A stretch of DNA of 64,000 nucleotides. Source: Paraspadella gotoi. Taxonomy: Eukaryota > Animalia > Chaetognatha. Shown here one piece after another: positions 39,858 to 52,909 of the stretch. The notes beneath the pieces are model-generated. The model was not told the origin of the DNA, ran no database searches, and saw nothing but the letters and a program-made list of their open reading frames with translations. Position 1 is the first letter of the stretch; each line of letters starts with the position of its first letter. A program made the translations under genes and the position numbers. The stretch covers positions 21,578,754 through 21,642,753 of the forward strand of contig CM119266.1 in assembly GCA_051294375.1 (NCBI GenBank), written 5' to 3'.

Positions 39858-42645
39858 TACATAGGGGAAGAAAGAGAATTTGAGAAATAAGTTAACGCGA
39901 AATGTGGGGTTATTTGCGGGAGGAAGTTAGATGAACGGGGAGGTTAAGCAGAGGGAAAAGGAGTTAACAAGTGACGATCGGAAGTCAATGGGCAGTTTAC
40001 CAGGATTACGAAATCTCAACAGATTTCAGGTAATTAGCTGATGCGACCAGATTAGGAATAACACAAAAGATCACGGAAGAAGACATTCTCAAATTCTAGA
40101 ATGAACAACTGAAGACTAGATGAACATTTCAAGATTCTAATGACACGACATTCTAGTCGAAACATCAAGTCAAGTTTCTTTTTCGTTCTTATCGTAAAAA
40201 TTTCTGTTTATCTAAATAAAACCCCTCACTGCCATCACGCTGACGCTCTTTGGCTCTCCGGAGACAGAAGACGGTGCTCTCTCAAGAAGGCCCTCGCGGT
40301 TATCAAAACCCGCGACCGACGTAACTCGTCTTCGGTAACGACATCCCGTAGAAACGACCCTAAAACACCACCCATCCCTGGCGGTTTTCCACCCCTTCGC
40401 CTCTTCCTTCCTTTGCCCCCCTCCCGGAAACTCTCCCGGAGGGGGGGGAGAAGGAAGAGGAAGAGGTAAGCAGAGAAAATGAAAAGGAAAGCAAAAACGA
40501 AGTCGGCCGGAAAAAAGCCCTGGAGTTCTTTTTTCGTCGGAGGACTAAGTCGGGAAGAAAAAAAGAAGAAAAAAGGTAAAAAGAAATGCGAGAAAGACGA
40601 TCAAAATAGAAATAATTAATTTCGATAATAATGAAGGAAAAAGGAAAAAGCGCCGAAGGGGAAAGGAAACGACCACAAAAAGAGAAAAGATAAAAAGTTA
40701 TCATTTAGCGATGAAAGTGAATAGGAATGGACTGTCTTTTTAAGCTGTGGAGGATCTCGGGCACAAAAAATTTATTTGAGATATGTGCACAAATGATAAT
40801 TATACCGTGTAGTAGTATAATTTATTAAGTACAAGAAAAATTTTATTTTATATTCCGAGTGGAACAGTACTCAGATATTACGATATTAAATTAATAAATT
40901 ATAAATTTTCAAAAGGACATTTTTTTAATTTTTTTTTATAGTTTCTCATAAAAAGTTAAATGATGAGTATAAAAAACGATTTTTTTTTTAATTTCTGATG
41001 GTTTTCTTGTTCAAAATTGAAAAAAAGTCTAATTTAAATATATATTAATTTATATATGTATTATAATATTTATATGAAATTGGTACAACCAATATAAAAC
41101 TATCCATATATTATATAAAAATTTCGATTCGCTTGTTTTCCTTCGATTTCCCGCGGTATAATTTTCTTCATCGTAATAAACTAGGGAGCAGTAGATAAAA
41201 GAAACGAATTTATAATGTTTATTAAGACGCCCCACAAAAACTTTTTCATAACGCATTGTAAAACCGTATTTTTAAGTTTTGCTATTAATTCTTTTAATAT
41301 TTGTCAATGCTACTCACTTCGTTTTTTTATTTCTCCTTCGCTTCGCAAAAGAATAAACAAAAAAACTCGAATCTCCCCCCCACCTCCGCCCCCCTTCTTT
41401 GCTCGCATCCGATGTCCAATTAAGGCGTAGTGAAAGTTACCATAGCGAAAATTCTAAAAGTCAATTATGAACAACATACGCATAGTGGAACATTAATTTG
41501 TAAAAAAAATTAACTTTTTATGCTTTTTAATTTTCGCTAGTAGGCTATATTTTATATATAGTACTATCCTTATAAAATCGAAAAATTTCAAAATAAGCCT
41601 ATCATTAATTTTGATTGCAGATTTTGCAAATTCCACTCGTCAAAAAGTTGATAAAAGAAAATATAAATCATTTTTTAAAAAAATTCCTTTCATTAAGTGG
41701 GTTAAAAATTAAAACTATAATTTAATATATAAAAAGTTAATTTTCAGCTTAAAAAATATAGGCTTTTTCTAATTTTTGAACCACTTAATGAAGGAATTTT
41801 TCAAAAAGAGGTTATTTCTTTTTAATCAATTTTATGACCGAATCCAAATCTGTAAAATTTTTAGAAAAACTGTTGTGAAATTTTAACATTTATTGATTTA
41901 GTACTAGTATAATATGGCCACTGCGTAATTGTAAATTTACTTATAAATTTTTTTTATTACATAAATGTCATTAATATAATGTTGTTCGTTCCTCACTTTT
42001 AGGAATTTAAATTACCAGTTAAATTTAGAAATTTTACTACAGCCTTAATGTCCATCATTATTCTTTTTTTTTTCGGATAGATTTGGGCTTTGTATCCGCG
42101 CCAGGACGAACCGTCGACCTTCATCAGGCTCCGCTAAAGGATTTTTAACCTTGCCAACTCAAAGCCTCACAAAATGGGAAAAAGGGGGGAAAAAAGTCAT
42201 TATTTTTTTCGAATCGGTTGACCGTGAACAGACATTGCCGATAAATAATAATAATTTGTTTACTTTTAAAAAAGCAAAAAAATATTGCAAAAGTATGCAA
42301 TGAACATAAACATCGGAAGTTGAAACGTGCTTGCTTATCTCAAAAACGAAAGAACTACAGAAACGAACTAATAACTAACAAACGAACGAAAGCTGTGGCG
42401 TACCAAAAAAGAAAAACTCGTATGGCGTACAAACTACTAACTACTCAGTGACATCTGGGAAAATATGTATCAATATGAGAGAGAAACTCAAAAATAAAAC
42501 AAAATAAAAGAAATAATAAAAAAGAAGAATTCTCCGATGGGAAAATAAGAAGTAAACCACTCCTAAACGGAGAAGGAAATGAGACAGAGAGAGAAGAGAG
42601 AGGAGAGAGAGAGGGAGAGAGAGAGAGCGAGAGACGAGAGAGATT

Positions 42646-42707
<62 letters not shown>

Positions 42708-42717
42708 CAAGACATCA
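39160..42717. repeat. Duplicated block C, copy carrying the TTAA element
   Basis: As above, plus the 41424-42044 insertion. Confidence 0.9.
41424..42044. mobile_element. 621-bp palindromic MITE with TTAA target-site duplication (Kolobok-like GG...CC ends)
   Basis: ttaa|ggcgtagtgaaa ... ttttactacagcc|ttaa. The halves are imperfect inverted repeats throughout (e.g. aaaaattcctttcattaagtgggttaaaaatta versus taatttttgaaccacttaatgaaggaattttt). Absent at the homologous site ~37310. Confidence 0.8.
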
Positions 42718-42819
42718 NNNNNNNNNNNNNNNNNNNNNNNNNAAGACAAACTGTCCCCAGTCAGCAAAATCGTTGAAAAAAATGGTTTTGCCCGACGAAG
42801 AACTGGCAGAGGTTGAGAG

Positions 42820-43290
42820 GATATAGTAGAAGAGAAAAGAGAAGAGATAAGAAGAGTGAAGAAAAAGAGAAGATAGAGAAAAGAAAATAGAAGAGATAGA
42901 AAGAGTGAAGGAAAAGGGAAGAGAGAGAGAAGAAAAGAGAAGAGACAGTAAGAGTAAAGAAAAAGAGAAGAGAGAGAGAAGAAAAGAGAAGAAATAGGAA
43001 GATTAAAGAAAAAGAGAAGAGAGAGTGAAGAAAAGAGAAGAGATAGGAAGATTAAAGAAAAAGAGAAGAGAGAGTGAAGAAAAGAGAAGAGATAGGAAGA
43101 GTGAAGAAAAAGAGAAGAGAGAGAGAAGAAAAGAGAAGAGATAGGAAGATTAAAGAAAAAAAAAGAGAGAGTGAAGAAAAGAGAAGAGATAGGAAGAGTG
43201 AAGAAAAAGAGAAGAGAGAGTGAAGAAAAAAGAAAAGATAGGAAGAGTGAAGAAAAAGAGAAAAGAGAGTGAAGGAAAAGAGAAGAAGAG
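42820..43290. repeat. ~49-bp purine-rich minisatellite (homologue 56434-56770)
   Basis: Unit gaagaaaagagaagagataggaagattaaagaaaaagagaagagagagt, built from ~24-25-bp subunits. Confidence 0.85.
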
Positions 43291-43298
43291 GCTCATAC

Positions 43299-43588
43299 GT
43301 CTGGCAAAGGTCAAAGAGGTCAGTGCGATATCGAATGACCCTTGGGGTGACGAAAATAGAGGCCGATATGTCAAGGCCCTTGCTACGGAAATATTTTTAA
43401 ATAGGGGGAAGAGACTCAATCGCCGATTTACTCTTTTTAAAGATTCTTACGAAATTCTGTTTCATTGAAAATAGCAGAGCGGCGGGGATTGGGGATGAAA
43501 GGACTGGGGACTAAATTTGGGTGAGGTACTTGGGACTGGGGACTAACTTGGACAAAGAGCTCGAGGCACCGCGGGTGAGCGACGGGGC
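43299..43588 (-). CDS. Two candidate small exons (43548-43588 and 43299-43382) of an unidentified minus-strand gene
   Basis: AG/GT bounded (ttttag|...|gttagt and ccgtag|...|gtatga) and phase compatible. A consensus of the two copies gives PSLTRGASSSLSN/KGLDISASIFVTPRVIRYRTDSLTFAR. Homologue at 56779-57060. Confidence 0.25.
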
Positions 43589-43885
43589 TTAAAAGGAACT
43601 GGCGTCTGCCTCGTTACCAAAGCCAAACGCTTTCCCTACTCCCCTTCCCGGCCTACCCCCTCCCCTCTCAAGCGAAGATTGTGTGATCTTTTGTTTTCGC
43701 TGTGGGAAAATTATTTCTCGATTTCGTGAAACGAGAGGGCGCCGCAGAATCGGTGGGAGGAGAAAAACAACAAAAGCCGCCACGATGACGCCGCGGGACG
43801 ATAACGATGATAACGACGACGATGACGACGAGGACGACGACGGCGACGACGACATCGATAAAATTGATCGTCGTCGCGTCAAAAT

Positions 43886-44110
43886 CGACAGCGGCGTCTG
43901 CTGCGTCGCGTCTGTTTCGACAGCGGCGTCTGCTGCATCGGGTGAGATTAGAAAGCGGCGTCTGCTGCATCGGGTCAGATTAGACAGCAGCGTCTGCTGC
44001 ATCGGGTCAGATTAGACAGTAGCATCTGTTGCGTCGTATCAGATTCAACAGCGGCGTCTGCTGCATCGCGTCAGATTTGACAGCGGCATCTGCTCCGTCG
44101 CTATTTTTAG
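43886..44110. repeat. 32-bp minisatellite x7 (homologue ~57354-57570)
   Basis: Unit (c/a)gacagcggcgtctgctgcatcgggtcagatt. Each unit carries a short cagcgg-cgt-ctgctg hairpin. Confidence 0.9.
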
Positions 44111-44284
44111 ACGCAGCTGCGACTGGCCCTGATTTTCAAAGGAAAAACACTCGCCCTTTGGTAAACACGGTTTTCTGAGAAATCCGGAGAGCGGTCGACT
44201 GGACCGGCTCGGGAAGGCCTTATCGCCGAGGCCAAGGCTTCAGTCTCCGATTTCACACCGTGTCGGTTAGAAGGAGATGAATTT

Positions 44285-44381
<97 letters not shown>

Positions 44382-45339
44382 CTCACCGGCGCCTTTCAAA
44401 CATTCACGTGTTCTTGGCGCGACCTCCTCTGATCCGAGAAACGGATCGCTTTTCATTTATTTTCCTCCTCGTATCTTGTTTCCTTTCTTTATTCCTTCTT
44501 TTCTGCTACCTTTTACCTTCCTTCATTTCTTTTTTTCTCGTCGGCTTTTCTTCCTTCCTTCCTTCCGTCCTTCATAATTTTCACTAATCTCGCGCCTCGA
44601 CCTGCATCGCGGCTTCATTCATTTTTGGCGGCGGCCTCGTTGCGGAGAAAAAAAACCAAATCATCGCCTTCGTCTCATCCACTGTTCCCCCACTCATTCC
44701 TCGAACACCCCCACTATTTTGCCACTCATCAACAGCACCCTCTTTCAGTCCTTTCGCCCCTTCCACTTACCCCCATCCTTTTTTCTCCGCTTCCATTTCT
44801 CGCGACTCCTTCCCGCGCCATCCTGTCTAGAGCCCCCAATCGCGATATTTAATTCGCCTAATTCGAGCAGAAGAGCAGAGGAGAATGGGGTGAAGGCCAA
44901 CTGGGGGAGGTGGTCCGCGAAGGGGGGCGGGGGGGCGGAGTCGAGATGGTTTCTCGATAAAAACCGTCTCTCGGTTTAAGGCCCACGGGGTATTTTTTTT
45001 CTCTCAGTAAAGGCTTCTTCATTTTAAAGTCACCGTGGGGAGGCCGTCCTTTCGTTGAGCCTTTTAAAGCTTTACAATATCGTCTCGTTTTGTTATTTTT
45101 TTTTTTTCTGCGGAAGGGGGGGGGAGGTTACGGCAACTCAGATTTTTAGCAGTGATATAAAAAAAAAAAAAAGCGCTGACAAAGCCGTCAGGTTTTTGCT
45201 GCAAAAAAAATCTGTTACAAAACGCAAGTTGTTATTCGATGTTCGTTTTTCTCGTCTCTCCCGGCGCCTTTCGTCCCGGGACGATCCATAGACTTTTGAA
45301 GGGCCGGCAACCCCGGCCGGGAAAGGTCTTCTCTTCTCA

Positions 45340-45419
<80 letters not shown>

Positions 45420-45690
45420 TCTCTCTCCCTCTCTCTCTCTCAATATAAAAGAAAATAAAAGAAAAAGATCGACAAGGTCGACCCATATCGTTTTATTTTT
45501 TGGAAGATAGAGTAAGGTTCGTTTGACTCCAAAACTGAGATTTACAATAATAATACTAATTCTAATGCTAATTCTTAATTGGTTAATAGAAAAATTGGCT
45601 CTTTCCTTCACAATATTTTATCTCTTGATCTCGTATGACAAAACTGATCACCCTCTCATTAATAAATATTAAGTAACTATCATTATTTAT

Positions 45691-45952
45691 GGCACAGCCG
45701 GGTTGCCTGTGATGCCATTGGGATGGGGCATCTCACTGTTGGCTTTGGGGGCTTCCGACCCTCAGTGACGCCTCCGTCACTGGCGCGGTTACCCTAGGAC
45801 GGTCTCGCTTTGCAACGCAGAGGGAAGTCGTTCGGACTGTGGATGGAACACTACGCCTGGGATGGTGTGTTCCCCCTCTGAGCCAATGGATTGGCTGACG
45901 GATGGTGGACGTGAGGCGGTGTGAATATACCGCCACAATATTCACTTTTTTT
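45691..45952 (+). ncRNA. Candidate structured RNA or hairpin-rich element of unknown family (copies 50382-50643, 54599-54866, 59191-59479)
   Basis: Serial stems: ggca(a)c/gttgcc, gatgcc/ggcatc, cagtgacg/cgtcactg, cagaggg/ccctctg enclosing agtc/gact and ggaacac/gtgttcc, agccaat/attggct, and ggcggtgt/ataccgcc. Ends in a T7 run. GC-rich within AT-rich flanks. Confidence 0.4.
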
Positions 45953-48013
45953 CCGAGTAGAGCGGAGACATCCTTAACATAAAATTGAACGATCATAAAA
46001 ATTAAAGGAATTTAGAAAAAAAAAAAAAAAAGATTCAACAAAAACCAGTATTATTTCAGGAATAACCTTTTTAGGACCATCGATGACCTTTCAAAACAAA
46101 CAAACAACAAACAAAGAAACAAACAAACAAACAAAGAAAACAAACAAACAAGAAACAAAGAAACAAACAAGCTTCTTTCGGTTCCGTCGAGCCTTAACCC
46201 CTTTTTTTTTCGGTTCACGCATTGACACCCGCCGACCGACGACGACTCGAAACAAACATTCGTCTAAAAAGCCCCCCCCCCTCTCCCCGCCCCCTCCCTC
46301 GTACTAACCGCCCCCTTAATTTATGAGGGGAAGGAAGTTTGCGAGGTTTAAGATTGAGCAGAACTCATACTCGTTGTTCGAACGAACTAGAAGCATTTCG
46401 AAACTCTAAAAATAGACGTAATTGTTGAATATTTTCTGATCCAGTCGGTGAAAACGCAACGAGAGAAATTACGAATCAATGTAACGGAAATAGAAGAGAA
46501 AGGGAGGAGGGAAGGAGGAGGAGGAGGAGGAGAGGAGGAGAGTAAGTTCGAAATGAGGAGGCGAGGATGAATGACGATCGATTCTTCTTTATCATTAAAT
46601 CGAAATTCTTCTCCTGTTCATTTTCTTGGTACGAGAACCTTTGACTTTTCTCATCCTGCCAAAATTTTGTCCTATTCCAATTCCTTACCCTGTCCCTATC
46701 AAATCTTCAAGAATCTCTCATTTCCGTCATTTTTTTTAACTCACTTCCGTTGCGACAAAGACTTTTAACTCACCAAACGCTTTTAGAACTCTTTGGAATC
46801 TTCCCTCGCCCCTTACCCCGCTTCTTCCCCCCACCTAAATTTGCCGCTCACGCGCGCTTGACATTCAGGTGAAATTTTCTCGTGTCAGCTTTTTCTCGCT
46901 TGACTCGGTTCCAGAACCGAAACCCGCCGCCGCCTCTCTCTCTCTCTCTCTCTCTCCTTCCTCTTCTTCTCTCTTCTTCTCTCTCTCTTCTCTCTCTCTC
47001 TCTCTCTCTCTCCGCCTCACCCGTCTCATCTGTCCTCCTTTTAAAACCCTCTCCTCTTCCTCACTCTCTCGCTTTTGATTCCCCCGCTTTTAAAGCCTAT
47101 TTATAGCGCAAATGAAATTCAAATGCTGTTACAAAAACCGAGATTGTGGTATTATAAAAAAAAATCTCTCCGGGTTCTCTCCTTCTCATTTTTTACCCTC
47201 TCTCTCTCCCTTATTTCCTCTTTCCCGTTCTCCCACACTTCGGCTTTCTTTTCTCTTCTTCGCGCGAATGCGCAGGAAACTCCGTCCTGTTTTGTAATGA
47301 AGTGAGAACGAAAGTAAAGAAAGTCATCGGGTTAGTATTCGGATTTAAAATTTCCCCAAACTCAACAAATTATAAGCCAAGGCAAGGAACTATAAATGAG
47401 TCGTCAAGTCGATGCTGCTCCAAAGTCGTTTAAACTTGTTTCAGCGATATTATAAAAAGAAAGTGTGTGACATAGGGAAAAAGAAGTACCGGCAAACTTT
47501 TCTCGACATTTAAAGTAAGCGTATCATTGTGTTACTAAGTTTCGATCCCGATTAGTTAAATCATAGATTTTAAATGACACACTAATTGCCCAGTACCAAA
47601 TTTTTTGATGACTCCAGGGGTTCAATCGCGAATTTAAGAGACTTTCACAGACTTTCGATTCTCTTCGATCCTTATATTTCATTCCACTCGATCTTTCTGA
47701 GATCGATTTTCTCTGTCACGTGTGTATTTTGACTCTTGCCGTCACCCGGATTAACATTAACTGGTTACAAATTGATCCTTTTGGACTTTGGGATTTTTAA
47801 AAAAAGGACTCCCCCACTTGACCCGGAATCCAGTTTCTGCGATCTTCTTCGATCTGGTCTCAGCCAATGACATGATAAACGTGACTTGTAAACTTATTCT
47901 CTCTCTCTTCTCTCTCTCTCTGAGATACAACTTTATAACTTATAAAAACTGATAAAACTTATTCCCTCTCTCTCTCTCTCTCTTCCTCTCTCTCTCTCTT
48001 CTCTCCTCTCTCT

Positions 48014-48050
<37 letters not shown>

Positions 48051-48218
48051 GAGATCCCTCATCCCTCGTTTTACTGTTTCAAAACTTCCGTCGTTCACCT
48101 AAAAGTAAACCTTAATTTGTCAAATCATTTATTTCCTAAAACATTTAGTTTTCTTCTTCCAACTTTTGAACGCGACTCTTCTACACTTTTCGAGTTGTTT
48201 ATCATTTTTGTCATTGTC

Positions 48219-49562
48219 ATGAGAGTTGATTCGACTTCGAACCTTGAGGAGGCCGCTTGCTGCCGCACTTCTTCCCATTCGAGTGGATCGTCAAGAAGTT
48301 TCCTCGACAGATTCGCCGAAGAAATCGTCGAGATGGGCGTGTCTCCGTTCGATCTCCACCCGACGCTTCTTTTCCCCGAAGGCGAAGCGACGTCTCCTCT
48401 ACATCACACCGGCGTCTACGTATTTTTGAACAAGGCATCGAGTACGTACGCGAAATGGTTCAGGTTTATCATGTTTTATACTTAAAATTTTTACTAGTTG
48501 GTCAAATTATAAATACTATGTTTACGGAAGATATCATTTATTTTGAACGCCAACATTTCAATTACCGAACTATATTCTTAATTTCGTTTCGATGTTGAAA
48601 TGAACAATGTACTTTACAAAATGTAACAATAACTTGCCTTACATATTATATTTCTTCCCAATCCAGACTAATCTTATTAAAAAAACATTCCTCAAAATGT
48701 AGATACTGCTGTGATAATTCCTATCTCTCTGCTTTATCTCGACAACGACTTATAAAGCGACACCGTCATTCATGGGCTCTGCCTCGCACTTTTCCATCAG
48801 GCGAGACGTTTCTCCAGAGATTTCGACAAGATTGCTGAATTCGATGGATTCCGAAGTTTGATTCGTACACGAAAACATATTCCGGAGTTCAGTTCGTTGA
48901 TCTTTTTGTACCGATTTTTCGGTATTCAATCAACGATCGAAACTCGCGACACGAAGACTCTTGCGTCTATCATCTGCAACTCCTTCGAAATCCCTTCGCA
49001 ACGCGCTCTATCCTCGTTCAGGTCCCAATGGTCGTCTTTGTCGCGAGGTCGTCGCCGTGTCGTCGGCACAGGTTCCCCTCTGGCTAAATTACATTCGCCT
49101 ATTGGAAGAAAGGGGGGTTTAGGGTAGGGAGAGGTTATGGGTGGTTTATGGTTAGCGAGGATAGGGTTAGGGTTATTTTTAATTAACAAAAGGTCAACAG
49201 ATTTTTACTTTTTTTTCATAAGAATCGAAAAATCACAGTCGGCGAATGTGAATTCCAATTTTCTGTTTCTACCCGCGTCGCGGCTTTCTTTGTAATCAGC
49301 GGGGGCGCAACGGTTATCCTTTTGGATGGAGAGCTTGTGCTATCTCCGGCGCCATAGGTCTGCTGATTTTCGGGACGAAGTAAACAGGGGATATGAAATA
49401 CTAGCCGTTCCCTCTCGTTTCAGCGTCAGCCCCGTTGATGTTCGCCGACGTTATCGCGCCCACGCCCCACTCGGACCGCAGAACTGCCGTTCATATCCTT
49501 CATCATCATGTTCCGTCAAATTCGGTTTTCCTCGTCGGACCCGCGCTCAACTATGTTCTCAG
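48219..49562 (+). CDS. MFSD8-like MFS transporter, exons 1-5, error-containing partial copy
   Basis: Same exons and splice sites as 61890-63199 with extra indels. Truncated by the gap at 49665. Confidence 0.7.
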
Positions 49563-49614
49563 GTTTCCATGCACGACTTTAGTTACAATCGATGCAATTT
49601 TCGTTACCTCCTTT

Positions 49615-49650
<36 letters not shown>

Positions 49651-50031
49651 CTCTCTTCTCTCTCNNNNNNNNNNNNNNNNNNNNNNNNNATTTTTTTCTC
49701 TCAGTAAAGGCTTCTTCATTTTAAAGTCACCGGGAGGCGTCCTTTCGTTGAGCCTTTTTAAAGCTTTACAATATCGTCTCGTTTTGTTATTTTTTTTTTC
49801 TGCGGAAGGGGGGGGGGAGGTTACGGCAACTCAGATTTTTAGGCAATGATATAAAAAAAAGCGGCTGACAAAGCCGTCAGCGTTTTGCTGCAAAAAAAAT
49901 CTGTTACAAAAACGCAAAGTTGTTATTCGATGTTCGTTTTTCTCGTCTCTCCCCGGCGCCTTTCGTCCCCGGGACGATCCATAGACTTTTGAAGCGGGCA
50001 ACCCCGGCCCGGGAAAGGTCTTCTCTTCTCA

Positions 50032-50110
<79 letters not shown>

Positions 50111-52704
50111 TCTCTCTCCCTCTCTCTCTCTCAATATAAAAGAAAATAAAAGAAAAAGATCGACAAGGTCGACCCATATCGTTTTATTTTTTGGAAGATA
50201 GAGTAAGGTTCGTTTGACTCCAAAACTGAGATTTACAATAATAATACTAATTCTAATGCTAATTCTTAATTGGTTAATAGAAAAATTGGCTCTTTCCTTC
50301 ACAATATTTTATCTCTTGATCTCGTATGACAAAACTGATCACCCTCTCATTAATAAATATTAAGTAACTATCATTATTTATGGCACAGCCGGGTTGCCTG
50401 TGATGCCATTGGGATGGGGCATCTCACTGTTGGCTTTGGGGGCTTCCGACCCTCAGTGACGCCTCCGTCACTGGCGCGGTTACCCTAGGACGGTCTCGCT
50501 TTGCAACGCAGAGGGAAGTCGTTCGGACTGTGGATGGAACACTACGCCTGGGATGGTGTGTTCCCCCTCTGAGCCAATGGATTGGCTGACGGATGGTGGA
50601 CGTGAGGCGGTGTGAATATACCGCCACAATATTCACTTTTTTTCCGAGTAGAGCGGAGACATCCTTAACATAAAATTGAACGATCATAAAAATTAAAGGA
50701 ATTTAGAAAAAAAAAAAAAAAAGATTCAACAAAAACCAGTATTATTTCAGGAATAACCTTTTTAGGACCATCGATGACCTTTCAAAACAAACAAACAACA
50801 AACAAAGAAACAAACAAACAAACAAAGAAAACAAACAAACAAGAAACAAAGAAACAAACAAGCTTCTTTCGGTTCCGTCGAGCCTTAACCCCTTTTTTTT
50901 TCGGTTCACGCATTGACACCCGCCGACCGACGACGACTCGAAACAAACATTCGTCTAAAAAGCCCCCCCCCCTCTCCCCGCCCCCTCCCTCGTACTAACC
51001 GCCCCCTTAATTTATGAGGGGAAGGAAGTTTGCGAGGTTTAAGATTGAGCAGAACTCATACTCGTTGTTCGAACGAACTAGAAGCATTTCGAAACTCTAA
51101 AAATAGACGTAATTGTTGAATATTTTCTGATCCAGTCGGTGAAAACGCAACGAGAGAAATTACGAATCAATGTAACGGAAATAGAAGAGAAAGGGAGGAG
51201 GGAAGGAGGAGGAGGAGGAGGAGAGGAGGAGAGTAAGTTCGAAATGAGGAGGCGAGGATGAATGACGATCGATTCTTCTTTATCATTAAATCGAAATTCT
51301 TCTCCTGTTCATTTTCTTGGTACGAGAACCTTTGACTTTTCTCATCCTGCCAAAATTTTGTCCTATTCCAATTCCTTACCCTGTCCCTATCAAATCTTCA
51401 AGAATCTCTCATTTCCGTCATTTTTTTTAACTCACTTCCGTTGCGACAAAGACTTTTAACTCACCAAACGCTTTTAGAACTCTTTGGAATCTTCCCTCGC
51501 CCCTTACCCCGCTTCTTCCCCCCACCTAAATTTGCCGCTCACGCGCGCTTGACATTCAGGTGAAATTTTCTCGTGTCAGCTTTTTCTCGCTTGACTCGGT
51601 TCCAGAACCGAAACCCGCCGCCGCCTCTCTCTCTCTCTCTCTCTCTCCTTCCTCTTCTTCTCTCTTCTTCTCTCTCTCTTCTCTCTCTCTCTCTCTCTCT
51701 CTCCGCCTCACCCGTCTCATCTGTCCTCCTTTTAAAACCCTCTCCTCTTCCTCACTCTCTCGCTTTTGATTCCCCCGCTTTTAAAGCCTATTTATAGCGC
51801 AAATGAAATTCAAATGCTGTTACAAAAACCGAGATTGTGGTATTATAAAAAAAAATCTCTCCGGGTTCTCTCCTTCTCATTTTTTACCCTCTCTCTCTCC
51901 CTTATTTCCTCTTTCCCGTTCTCCCACACTTCGGCTTTCTTTTCTCTTCTTCGCGCGAATGCGCAGGAAACTCCGTCCTGTTTTGTAATGAAGTGAGAAC
52001 GAAAGTAAAGAAAGTCATCGGGTTAGTATTCGGATTTAAAATTTCCCCAAACTCAACAAATTATAAGCCAAGGCAAGGAACTATAAATGAGTCGTCAAGT
52101 CGATGCTGCTCCAAAGTCGTTTAAACTTGTTTCAGCGATATTATAAAAAGAAAGTGTGTGACATAGGGAAAAAGAAGTACCGGCAAACTTTTCTCGACAT
52201 TTAAAGTAAGCGTATCATTGTGTTACTAAGTTTCGATCCCGATTAGTTAAATCATAGATTTTAAATGACACACTAATTGCCCAGTACCAAATTTTTTGAT
52301 GACTCCAGGGGTTCAATCGCGAATTTAAGAGACTTTCACAGACTTTCGATTCTCTTCGATCCTTATATTTCATTCCACTCGATCTTTCTGAGATCGATTT
52401 TCTCTGTCACGTGTGTATTTTGACTCTTGCCGTCACCCGGATTAACATTAACTGGTTACAAATTGATCCTTTTGGACTTTGGGATTTTTAAAAAAAGGAC
52501 TCCCCCACTTGACCCGGAATCCAGTTTCTGCGATCTTCTTCGATCTGGTCTCAGCCAATGACATGATAAACGTGACTTGTAAACTTATTCTCTCTCTCTT
52601 CTCTCTCTCTCTGAGATACAACTTTATAACTTATAAAAACTGATAAAACTTATTCCCTCTCTCTCTCTCTCTCTTCCTCTCTCTCTCTCTTCTCTCCTCT
52701 CTCT

Positions 52705-52741
<37 letters not shown>

Positions 52742-52909
52742 GAGATCCCTCATCCCTCGTTTTACTGTTTCAAAACTTCCGTCGTTCACCTAAAAGTAAA
52801 CCTTAATTTGTCAAATCATTTATTTCCTAAAACATTTAGTTTTCTTCTTCCAACTTTTGAACGCGACTCTTCTACACTTTTCGAGTTGTTTATCATTTTT
52901 GTCATTGTC

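Larger units (their letters stand above)
42940..49664. repeat. Duplicated block D, copy 1 (homologous to 56434-63301; partial copies at 49690-54355 and 54381-55840)
   Basis: 45400-49664 and 50090-54355 appear identical at offset 4691 (identical ORF translations). 56434-63301 is a colinear copy with independent errors. The D1/D2 and D2/D3 junctions are 25-N gaps; the 55840/56434 join is not. Confidence 0.95.

Noticed and set aside
43886-44110. CRISPR-like array (32-bp period, palindromic core)
   Set aside because: Units abut with no unique spacers, there are no cas genes, and the context is eukaryotic.
45697-45720. SRP/7SL RNA (gccggg...tgcctgt resembles its 5' end)
   Set aside because: Spacing is wrong and there is no helix 8 SRP54-binding motif.
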